From Chrysomallon squamiferum (lineage: Eukaryota; Animalia; Mollusca): a stretch of 64,000 bases of DNA. The translations under genes and the position numbers were made by a program. The stretch is from positions 7,874,001 through 7,938,000 of the forward strand of contig CM022671.1 in the NCBI GenBank assembly GCA_012295275.1. Direction: 5' to 3'. The notes beneath the pieces were generated by a model. That model did not search any database. It was given only the letters and a program-made list of their open reading frames with translations, and had not been told where the DNA came from. Positions 25,101 through 37,068 of this stretch are shown here, piece by piece. Numbering within the stretch: position 1 is the stretch's first letter; every line of letters starts with the position of its first letter.

Positions 25101-27399
25101 AAATATGTTACAGTGTTTGCAGAGTGAAATAAGTTTCAACTTGAGAATGTGTTTATACTGGCCGTGCTGTATACTGGCCATTTGAGTAGACTTATAAAAT
25201 TATTAATTTTTCACATATAACACAAAGTCATTTGATATATATGTATTAATGACTTAGGAGTGAATCTGTTGTAAAAGAAAAAGCCACAGCTTGTTTCATA
25301 TTTAACTCTCCTAAACAGCTGATATTTTTTTTTTCTTCTGTTACTGGATTTGTTTGTTTATTTGTGGATTTCATCTGACAGTCTTTGTATTCTTCTTGTA
25401 ATTGTGGTGGTGTCTTCAGATGTGTAGTTCAGAATTTTTCAAGGAATAGTTTGCTTGTTTTCTTTTCTCAAGTCGGCCTGGTTTCAAAGCGACATTCAGA
25501 AGTTTGCCATTTGCCTCTGATTTCTGTAAAGTTGACATTTGTCAGACTTTGCAGTCACTGTCTGTTTTTCACACATCAGAAAGGACAGACGTCTGTTTGC
25601 TGAATGTTTTCACAACAAACCACAACTTGCACATCTATCTGCATCATTCTTGACAAAAAACTTGGACACGATAATTATAAGTTCATTTTGAAAAAGAAAA
25701 AAAGTTTTGCAAAATTTTCATATTTTGAAATAAATATCTGATTTTTGGATATAAGATTTCATCTCACAAATCACTTCAGTAAGAAAAAAAATGTATTGAT
25801 GAAATTTGAAAGAAAGTTTCTTTTTAAAATCAGCCAGATGCAGTCATTTCACTGCAGTATATTGTTTTTTTTATTTAAGTCTTACTAAATTTTAATCTTT
25901 TTTCTATTTTTTTAATTTTGTATTATTATATATTTTTTTTTTTTAAAAAGAAAATTTAATTAACCTGTAAAATACTTTTAAAAATCCCACAAAAAGAGTA
26001 AAAAGAAATTCCACTGTTTTTAATAAACAAAAATACTTCTATTCATAATATTCTTCCATTAAGAAAGAATGTCTACATTGTCATTTGAAAGTGCACTGTA
26101 ACTACGACTTAAGATTTTATCTATTTCTGTGATAATAACCGCTTGTAATTTTTTATTCATGTTATTTTTTCCATAGAGACATAAAGAAAATCATTAGCTC
26201 TGTACAATATGCTAAATATGTAACATGGTATATGTAGGTTTAATATTGATTTTTATATCATTTCTACATCCATGCTGATTCATTATTACACCAGCTGTGA
26301 CAAAGAGAGAAATTAAGTTTTCATCATGCATTTGATATTATTTAAATGCTCTGCATGGGAAAATATTTATTTAAATATTTAATTGTTTGTGTATCAGAAG
26401 GACAGCATAACATACAGAGAACAAACCTCTCAGGAAATTTAACATCTATTTTTGAATGGTGTTACAAGTTACATTTTTTCACTGTGTTTAATATTTTGCT
26501 GATAATTCATGTTGTTGTCAGAAGATTGAAAACATCACACATGTGTAAACCACAAAAAGAGACAGAACTTCAACCTCAAACAGTGAGATATAACTTCAAA
26601 TAATTTTTTTAATTCTAAGTGTTAACAACAGTATACAACTGAAGTTGACTTCTGGATAAGAACATCTTTTGAAACGGACATTATATTGGAATTCCATAAG
26701 ACCATTCTTAGTGTCCACATATCTGCTGACCTGTGGGTCTGTGTGCTTATTATTTTACTGCTCAGGTTAAAGAAAGAAAAAAAAAAAAGTGAAAGTTCAG
26801 TCTGTTAACACCAATGTGTGAAAAAGGAAAAATAAAAGACATCAAGTTGTCCTTGAAACTGAAACAAAACAATTTATTTTTGTAGCTTTAAGTCATTGTT
26901 GACAGGACAGTTTTTGTTGTTGTAAAATTGCAGCACTCTGCTGTTTTTATTGCTAATGCAGTTATGGTGTGATCAGGAAGTCTGAATGGTAACAGCTGCC
27001 GTGTATTGAAAACAGACAATCATCTACACAGTTCACGTGGACACAAAGGTTGCGTTAACTTTTCGCCGATCATCGGAAATTGTGCAACTCAGTCTAGCTG
27101 GAGTTCAGTGTTTTTTTTCCTTTTTGTTTTCTACAAGTAATGATTTATCGTCACAGTCCAATTCATTTTTGGCGGGCTTGTATTTGGGATGAATTGAACA
27201 GTTTATTTAGTTCACTTGCAGATGGATTTTAAAATTCAATTTTTAAATTATTTTTTGTATTGGAATTACTTGTGAATGAAGTGAGTCATATATTAGAGAA
27301 CAATAAGTTCAACATGTTACAGTCTGGATTCAACTGTCAGTGGAAAACAGAGGGATTCCCTTCAGTTTGACAACAATACAGAGGACAATACAAGATTTG

Positions 27400-27830
27400 A
27401 TATCTAACTCATCAATAGATCTGTTTATTTCAAAGTGATCTTATTGGCTGGGCTGTATTGACTAAGATATCAAAGGATTACCTATATTTCAAATTGATAT
27501 CTTAGGCTAGATATTGGCATATTATATTGATTAACTAACATATCTTACGACATATATATTTCAAAATCATCTGCAAATATTAGTATTGCATAATATATTT
27601 ATAAGAGACTAATCAAGAAAGGATGATTTCAGAGTGACCAGCACGGGTGGCATTACTGTATTATACATGTGTATCAAGTCATCAAAGGATATATTTAATT
27701 TCAAAGTGACCTACTGGGGTGCCATTGCTGTATGCTATAGTAATAACAGACTAATCATCAAAGGATGTATATAATTTCAGAGTAAACCTACTGGGCTGCA
27801 TTACTGCATGGCACATTAGTATCAGTTTCA
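27400..27830. repeat. Degenerate ~60-80-bp tandem repeat, about 6 copies
   Basis: Recurrent atcaaaggat...atttca(a/g)agtga(c/t)ctactggg...gcattactg blocks. Confidence 0.7.
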
Positions 27831-30800
27831 TCATTCTTTTGTCTAAGCCGAAATGTTCTGTTTTAAAAAAATATTTTAAAAATTTCCCTGTCTGGAAGAT
27901 AAAAAAAATTTTGTTCTTGGAGAGGAATATGTGTTACTGTTTATTTGCATAAGGTGCAGTGTTACGTAACATCAGAGTGCAGAATGTGCATCGTGCATCA
28001 AAACCCGTGCTTCTTATGTCACCGCTCTCCAGGAAGAAATGTCATAATCAACAGCAGAGTGCTGTGATAAAAAAGTATCAAGAGATACTGCAGACCAGCT
28101 ATCAGTGAACCCATGTGTGTTGTTGACTCTAGCCAGGTTTGTGGAGAGGTAAAGTAACAGAATTAAAGGACAAGAGTCACAGCTTTTTCAAGTTTTTGCC
28201 ATCTGCCAGCTTTTGTTCACGTCTGCTCTGATGTGTTTATGTGTCTGCTACCTGACACATGGGATGTCTGCTGACCCTGCTGTCAAATCATCACCAGTCC
28301 AAATTGGAGGAATTCTTTCTTTTGTTTTTCTAATAAGAACTGTTTGGATGAAGTTTGCTTGTTTGTTTCCTATCAAATCAGAATTGTTTCTCAATTTATA
28401 ATTTTTCTAATCTGTGAATTTATTATTCAGATTTGTGGAACTAATATTTTTGGAAAATTACAGATTTAATATTTTTATTAAATTTCTAAATTGTGGATTC
28501 AGGATTTTTGAAAACTGGACTGAATTTGTTGCAAATCGGATTTAGTATTTTTACAAACTGGATTTCAACTATTTAATATTTAGTAATTTAAGTAATTCCT
28601 TCATGATTATTAATGTCTAACATTACCAGGCTAAATTTAATTATAAATTTCAAAAAGCATTTAAAAATACAGATTTATTATTTCCCATAGGTAAAGTACT
28701 CTTGCTTTTATCAAAAACTTAGAAAGAAAATTTTTTTTTTTTTTTTAATAAAATCTTAATTAATATTAAAAAAAATGTAATTACATAAATAATTTACTTT
28801 AAAAAATATTAAAATAAAAGTTAGGATAACAAAAAAATATATATATAATAAAATCCTAGGAAACTTAAAATATATTGTTAATTAGTTTAATAACTAAAGT
28901 TTCAACATTTGTGTATTGAATATTTCAAATATCAACTGATCGATGTTATTACACTGTATTTCAAATGACACAAAACTTTTAAAATGAAATGCTCACCACA
29001 GGTGTACATCCACTCAATTAGCATCTGACAGTGCGTGGATTCAAGCTGTCTGAAAAGCATTACACCATCATAAACCATCCATGAAGTTTATTAACTACCA
29101 GAGCCCTAAACTGAATGTTAAATAGACGACACACACAAAAAGTTGTATTCCTGCATTGTGATATACCAATGTTGTGTAGCCAATGAGAGCAGCTAACTAC
29201 ATAATGGTGGAGATAAACACCAAACACTGAGAAGATTGCAGCTGATAAACTCTTCCTCAATGCTTTGGCAAGCACTGGTGATGGACATCAAGTGATTTGT
29301 TTAACACACTGGTTACATGGGTCAGTTCATATTGAACACATGTTCTTGATTGCTTCAAACTCCACCAGTTCGCCAGAGTTTCAATTTTCTCTTTAATTTG
29401 TAGTGTGCAGTTTGCCAATTGTCATCACCGCTCATTCATTCAGCATTTTACTCTCTACAGTGTGTGATGGTCAAACTCAAAACTGAAAAGTTTGTGGAAG
29501 CTAATTCATTATAAAGAAACGAAGAATTTAAGAAAAAAAAAAAAAAAATTGTTTTCTGTTTTCAAAGTATTGTTGTTAGGTTTTCCAGATCTTGGAAGTG
29601 AATCAGGAATGACTAATTCCAGTGAAGTATTTGTTGGGAGTTAATGTGAATTCAGTAAACAGAGAAGTTACTTTGTTTATGTGTTTCAACTTTTGACAGA
29701 AACTGTATTTCTTTTCTTGTCGTTTTTAAAATTTAATGGTATTTTCATGGTGAATGATTACAGGAATTAACATTTTAATTCTACTTTATATCTGCATGTA
29801 TTTGTTTTCAAAATAGAGGCATGAGAATTACCATTGTTTTATATGCAGTGTGAAAACTTTTTGATTTTATAAATTCAGTCATAAGAACACATTTTTAAAC
29901 ATATATAATATTTTATTTATTAATTTTATTATTACTATTATTATTATTTTTTTTTTTAATGGTTGAAAAATACTGAATTATTTTTGTATTTTTAAAAAAA
30001 TATTTTCACATAATTATTCTGCCAATATTAATATCCTGGCCTCATTGTCTAGATTGTTTTGTTAACATGTACCTTTATAATGAACATAGTTGATATCAAA
30101 ACATCAATACATACATGACAGTTATTTATTGATGATATCTCTGGACTGTTAGTCCATGAAGAAACAGAACCAGTCTGTTGTGACAATTTCCTTCAGCTTG
30201 ATCACGAGATCATGACTTCATTGATTACTTCTACACGTTGATTGGGAATTCCTCTGAAACAGTCAACAGACATTATCAGAAGTATATGTGTCATCACAAT
30301 GGGGATAAATGAACCTATTGGAATATCGTGATACATTAATAGTAAGATTCAGACATCTGTGGTATTCTGGAGTTTAACGTATAAAAATTTGGAGGTGTGT
30401 GTTCTTTGAATATCAGATCTACTGGATTATGGTTTCATTCAGTCATCTTTAATGTTCTTGGTTTTTTCCATATATTTTTTTCTAAATTTGGATTTTTCTA
30501 CTGGGATGTGATAAAATTAAGAAATCTGCGAAATACTTGGTTTTTTCAAACGGTTGTTTAAAATTTAGAACTTGCATTTTTGTGAGCACCAAATCTACCA
30601 GAATAATTTAGTTATCTGTGAATTTGTTTTCAGTTTTAAAAAACATTTTGGAGTTGAGTTCTACCAGACCTGTGTGTTAACCATGTCTTGCATATCTTTG
30701 TTTTTATCTCACAAATGACGAGGTAATAAGATAAAACTCACAGCAGTGTATTACCTTTCACTTGGAACATAAATCTTTAATGGTACTTCCACTTGCTCTA

Positions 30801-30844
30801 TTGATTTTTGCACTGTGAGAGTACAGTATATACCTTCAAGTAAA

Positions 30845-31040
30845 ATGGTTTTACTTCAAACCACTTCAATGAAGACTAACAAGTCAGAGGGTGGGGACTC
30901 CTTGTCCCCTGTCCCAGAGAACACACCTGACTTGATAGCAAAGAAGCCTCGGTTTATACCTGGATACCAAGATGTGGGATCAGGACAGTGTGAGAAATGT
31001 ATTAAAGGGAAATGTACGGCCAAGTTCATTCATATACCAG
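30845..31040 (+). CDS. MAGI: Candidate alternative first coding exon of MAGI with a GC-AG donor
   Basis: aaaATGg start context and 65 codons of complex, GC-richer sequence. It ends CAG|GCAAGT in phase 1, which matches the exon 6 acceptor, and intron-like microsatellite follows about 65 nt later. Confidence 0.6.
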
Positions 31041-31104
31041 GCAAGTTGCTGACTCAGTTTTACACATAGCAGTTTGTTTTCAGTATAGTTAGATAAGTTA
31101 CTAC

Positions 31105-31106
<2 letters not shown>

Positions 31107-31137
<31 letters not shown>

Positions 31138-31200
31138 CACACATACATACATACACACATATATATATATATACATACACATGTAAATATGTACATACAT

Positions 31201-31254
<54 letters not shown>
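31107..31254. repeat. Compound (TACA)n/(TA)n/(CA)n microsatellite
   Basis: Read directly. It explains the CVCV/MYV/HTHT ORFs. Confidence 0.95.
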
Positions 31255-31256
<2 letters not shown>

Positions 31257-32629
31257 TTACATCATACATATACATACATTTTTCATCATGTTTTTATATT
31301 TTTGTATGTCTGTCTTTTTTTGTTTTCCCCTCTTCCTCTGCCAGCTGTATAGATATTTTCATGTTTTTATATCTATGAATATATTTAAAGAACACCCATG
31401 CAGAAGCACACAGAACATGTTAATTAATGTTAAAACATAAGTGTTCCATATATTTATTTCAAAAATCTCTATTTAATTGTATATACATATATTAAATATC
31501 CCAAAAGTGATCCAACAAACAGTCATTATACAGCACATTATTTTATAATATCATTATAAATACATCTCACATATACTAACAATATCTGCAGAATGTATAC
31601 GTAATGAATGAATGTTTAACTTTACGATACCCCCCACACAAAAATATCTCAAATGTTAAATCTCCAGATGTAAACCAAGATAAAAATTGTTTGAATTTCA
31701 TTTAAACATTTGTCAAATATTGCTCCCTTGCTGCAGATAACTAGAAAACCGTGATAAATTCAACACTTGGTCTTGCCCCATCTTACACACCTCAACTATT
31801 GTATTATTGTGAATACAGATTGTAACTGTTATCAATCTCCATTGTGTGTATGTAGTTTACTGGTGTCAAGAGGCTGCCCTTATTAGTGACACACTTTACG
31901 CTTGAGTAACTCTGTGTAGGACGAAGATAGTATTTTTATATATATGTATACATATACATACACTTGTTTGTAAATCACTTTGCTTCAATCAGGGTCACAA
32001 AAAATTGGAGATTTGGGTAAGGAAACGTGAGAAAAAAAAACTTGTAAATACTGCCATATTGTTTTGGTTTTTTTAACTGTTAGATATTATGTTTAAATTG
32101 TGAATACAGAGAGCTAACTTGTAAAGTGTAATGCTGTTATGTTTACTACAGAGCTTCTTAATGTATAAATATTTCTGTTTCTGTTCTGTGTTTATTAAAT
32201 ACTTAGTTTACTTGTCCATTATACCTTGTAACATCTTGTAGGTGCAATAAATTTATATATATATATATTTTTTTTATATAGTCTTATTTGCAGCTAACTA
32301 TCATTTATTTACTATTATTAAGAAACTAGTTTTTATTTATTGTTTATAATTACCTACTTATATCTTCTTATTTATACATAAGCTGCACAACAGAAGCTCT
32401 TGTAAATATTTAGGAAAGTATTATTTTGTCTTTATCGGTATACATAGGCTTATAATACTGTCACTTGAATTTACCTTTGAGTTTACCTTTCTACCTGACT
32501 GTTCAGCAGGTAGACAGTTATACTTGAGTTAAGATATCTGATCGGTGTTAACAGATTTGTTACTATGACATTAAAGTCTATGTAAATATTTACAGACATG
32601 CAGCACTACTGTTTCATTTAATACCAAGG

Positions 32630-32920
32630 TGTATTCATTATTATTTCAGGTAGATTATTACACCTGCAGTGTTGTGTCTTTTGATCAGTATTTACAGATG
32701 TTATTACTACAGCAGGTGTAACATTAAACATGGATAAATATCTGCAATCTTATTCACATGTTTTTATTATTTAATACTGAGATATGTTCATTACCACTTC
32801 AGGTAGATTTTTACAGGTGTAATGTGTCTTTTGTTTGATATTTACACATGTAATGTTAAGTCTAGAAAAGTATTTATATATTTTTTTTTATTTAATGCTA
32901 AGATATAGGCATTATTATTT
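32630..32920. repeat. Old tandem duplication of ~150 bp
   Basis: ttcatta...ttcaggtagatt(a/t)ttaca...tgtgtcttttg...tatttaca(g/c)atgt occurs twice. Confidence 0.7.
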
Positions 32921-32943
32921 TTGTATAATGTTAATACAACATT

Positions 32944-33062
32944 AGAAATTACCTGCTATCATGTCATAGGGTTACTCTTACTAATCAGCAGCAAAAACAT
33001 TTTTTTTAAATGTATCTTCAGTTAAACAGAAAAGCATATTTCATAGCCTTTAAATGAGTTGT
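32944..33062 (-). mobile_element. Degraded SINE-like fragment
   Basis: catagggttactcttactaatcagcagcaa...aaagcatatttcatagccttt resembles catggcttattctttccagttagcaaaaagg at about 46617, which suggests the same family. Confidence 0.45.
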
Positions 33063-34546
33063 CTTATTAAGAATTAATCTCATTTTCCTTTTTTAGAATT
33101 TTTACGTTTTTTTTATAATAAATTTATTTATTCATTATTACTGTTTAATTTAAAACATTTTATAATATTAATAAAAAAAACAAAAAAAAACATGCTTATA
33201 AATTGCTCCATTTCAAATGCTTAAATTCCAGTAAGTGTCCAAAATATTGACATCTGCTAAAACAAAAACCCTTATGTCTGAGTTGAATTTGGTACAACAC
33301 CTCATTCCAGAACATACCTGTATTTATTTATAATGACACCATTCAAAACATGTTTTTTCTTTTTCTCTTTTCCTTTTTTTTTTTTTCTTTTAGACAATAC
33401 AGTTATTTCAAGCAGTTCTTCAACACACCTGAAGTATCATTATAAATCTTTAATTAACCCACTATGGCTACTTAATGTAATTTAAATGTCACTCATATCT
33501 TGACAGGTTAATTGTTCTCTATCTTGCCACTGCAACTGTTGTTTCAGTTGAACTTACATGACTGTAACTGAAAAAACACTGCATTGTCTGTAGGTGTGTG
33601 AAACCCTTGAAGCTATTCCATTCATGGGCTGTCAGTTAACATATATTAATTACCTGGGTGATTAACAACAGGATGTCAGACAACTGGTGAAGTGCACTGA
33701 CAATCAGTTTACTGATAATCAATTGTCTGTATTGATTTGTTGGTGTTCGTATCAGTAGCATCTACTTTGTACTTCCTGAAGTCATCGGCGATGTGATTTC
33801 ATGATAATTTAATTTGCAGTTTTCAGCCACTCACCCAAAAAAGATGTTATCTTGAGGTAAAAGCTATAAATACTTGTTTAAATTGTTAGCAAAGTATTTG
33901 TCTGCTTAGATGAAAGAAAACATCTACAAACATTTATGTAGATAATCTAGAAAAAATCTCATCTGGTTAAAAAAAAGAGTAATATGCTTTTTATACAACA
34001 CACACACACACTCATACACACACCACATACACACATACAAATACTTATACACACCTGCACAGATGCAAGCAATCATGAAAACCAAATCCTGCCAGAAAAA
34101 ATACCTTGATATTTTTTATATGTGCTATATAAACAAGAAATGCACAAAGTGAATTGCAATATAAACACATTATGGACACATACAGACATACATCTGTATA
34201 CAGTATGATATCTGCTCCCAGAAATAATGCATAATAATAAATAATAAAACTATATATTTCATATACTGTCAGAATGAAATATAATTTGATACTGAATAGT
34301 CAATCAATATTTTTTCTTTCCACTTGTATAAAAGTTTAATGAATATCTGATTTTGATATAAATATCAGTACAAAAAGTATTTTTAAAAACTATCTTTTTA
34401 TTTTTATTTTTTTTTTTATGTTTAAAAGTGTTTTTTAATACTGTGTAATTTAATATATTTTAAGTCTGTAACTAATAATGTATACTAAATATCCATACTT
34501 AACATATTTATTTTTATTTTTCAATTCTTTGCTAAGAGAATTAATT

Positions 34547-34577
<31 letters not shown>

Positions 34578-35737
34578 TTATAGAAAATTGTTGCCTAAAT
34601 GAAATATAACATGTAAAACTGATAATAGGCTTTCAGTTATTTATTGATTAATAATATAATTATATCAGTTTCCTAATAATAATTATGTTTTATTTTAATT
34701 TATTTTTTTATGTTTGTTTTTTGTTTTTGTTTTTTGTATATTTTTTTTTAATTAGTCAGAAATAGAAGTTAATAAAGGAGCAACATAAATGCATTTAAAA
34801 ATAAATAAACTTGCTTTAACAGCACAAAATTGTTTTTTAAGGATACAAGCAGCAGATAACTGCTGATACTATAAACCTAGTGATCTCCTATATTACTGGA
34901 GTTATTCCCCTTACAATGTAGTCCTGAAAATTAAAAAATAATAATAATAATTATAATAATAAATAATAAATGTGGCATGTTTGTGAGTTAATTAAATAAA
35001 GGCCAAGTGTAACCTGTTGTCTCATATTTTTTATTGATTTCTTTCATAACTGTTTGACATTTTTGAAGCTACAAAAGTATTGATTAACTTAACAATTTTT
35101 TTTTTTTTTTTTTTTCTTTTTTGTATGTAGAATTAGATTATTATGGAAAACTTCCATAAAGAATAACATGATATCAGACAATTATATAGCCTTTTTTTTT
35201 ATCTTCTTTTTGCAAGGATATTATTAACAAAATTGTTTGTGTCCAAAAATAATAACCACGACATCCCAAAAAAGTACAACACCGACTTTAATATTGCTTG
35301 TAAATTGCTTTCGGAAATAGCCTCAGGAATGGTCTCTTCATTATCTCATGGACATTTTTCTTTATTGAGCCATCAACGCATGCTATATGGATGACATTCC
35401 TGTTAGCCAGGAGATGTTAATAGGACAACTGTCGATCACAGTGCTCCGTAATTACTGAATTACTGGCCAGATTCTCTAATGGCTGGGTGGGTGGGGAAGG
35501 CTTGTCAGAGCCACATAACATAATGTGATTATATTAGCAAGGCAATTAACCCGCTGTCAGTGCAAGGTCAACCATCTTGACTGATGTGTGCGTATCATTC
35601 CACTCTTTTCTCAGCTGCGTTTCATTGCGTATCACTGATAATAAACAGTCATTGTTTCATTGTCTGGTTTGGTTGGGTGTCTTTTTTGGTGTTTTTTTTT
35701 TCTTCTAAAAACATTATTAATTTGATTCTTACAAGTC

Positions 35738-35770
<33 letters not shown>

Positions 35771-35916
35771 TGTGTTTGTATGTTGGTGTGTGTGTAACAG
35801 AGAGGGTGGGGGTATATGTATATGTGTGTGTGCTCACATGTCTATATGTTTATATACCTATGTGATTCCATTGTTTTCTGTACTGTGATTCATTTGAGAT
35901 AAGTCACCATTTATAT

Positions 35917-36261
35917 CAGTGGTAGCAAAACTATGACACGCGTGTCAGCAGTGACATGCGAGGACATTTTAAGTGACCCGCGCGACACTGAGTACCTTGA
36001 TTTAATATATTCTCGAATATTTTTGGTCTCGTAATTTAAAAGTTAATAAAAGAGAATTAAAAGTAGTGGGTGAGTGCTGAACTCCTTGCTGTATTATATT
36101 TATTGTACAACATAGCATATATAGTCATATGCTTGTGTGTTAAAATCATAATGTAATATAGCATTTAACAATATAAATTTAGAAGTGACACACGATGATG
36201 TAAAAAGGACTAAGATATAAAAGTATTGGCACACCTAGCATCAAAGTTTTTGCCACCACTG
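35917..36261. mobile_element. Non-autonomous hAT (Buster/Charlie-type) DNA transposon or MITE, 345 bp
   Basis: TIRs CAGTGGTAGCAAAACT ... AGTTTTTGCCACCACTG. Perfect 8-bp TSD ATTTATAT at 35909-35916 and 36262-36269 with a central TA. Subterminal palindrome TGACACGCGTGTCA. Confidence 0.93.
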
Positions 36262-37019
36262 ATTTATATAGTATTTTTCATGGTCAAGTTTTTTGTTGGT
36301 TTTTTTATATAATTTTTTGTTGTTATTATTTCCCCCTTCCCCACTACATGCTTCCATGCATCTGCTGTATGATCTTTTTTAAACAGTGTTTCATTCTAGG
36401 AAAGTAGTTTATTACTTTACTTGCATTGAAAAATAATACTGTTTCATAATCAGAATTGGAATTCCAATATTAGTTTATTTTAATCCCAATAACCACTAGG
36501 TATTTTGATGATTCACCAGTTTCAGTCTGAGGAATACATTTACTGAACTGATTTTGATGTTATTGTTTGATTGATTGATTTATTTATTTGTCTATTTAAT
36601 CGGTCATTAGAAATCCAGTTATCTAACTGATTTGTTCCATCAGTTTTGTCTGGACTGTTTCACTAAGAATGATTCACTGGTAATATAACCACTGTTTCAC
36701 AGTTTTATTTATAGCTCTAGTTAATCATCTAATGTGTGTCATCAGTTTTTCATTGCTTTCTGAATGATTCATTGGCAACATGGTCATTGTTTGAAAGTCA
36801 AAAAAGTTTCATTTTTCTGAACTAATTTGTTTTGTCTCTGTTTGATTAGAGATATGAACATTACATCCTGTTGTAGTAACCAGTAGAATGCTATGTAATA
36901 CTTTTACAATGTAACATATTTCAGGCTGGAACATTCTGTGAGAATTTATAACTTAGTTTATTTTCATACTGAAAATAATATTAACAGAAATTAAATTTAC
37001 TTAAGTGTTATTTAACATT

Positions 37020-37021
<2 letters not shown>

Positions 37022-37065
<44 letters not shown>
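37022..37065. repeat. (CA)n microsatellite
   Basis: Read directly. Confidence 0.95.

Positions 37066-37068
<3 letters not shown>

Noticed and set aside
27400-27830. Repeat-spacer-like pattern suggestive of a CRISPR array (also 60880-61225)
   Set aside because: Eukaryotic intron; the units are degenerate, the spacers are related to each other, and there are no cas genes.
32490-32515. Inverted CTACCTG...CAGGTAG pair (Zelda-like sites or a hairpin)
   Set aside because: A 7-bp stem is expected by chance, and Zelda is not known from molluscs.
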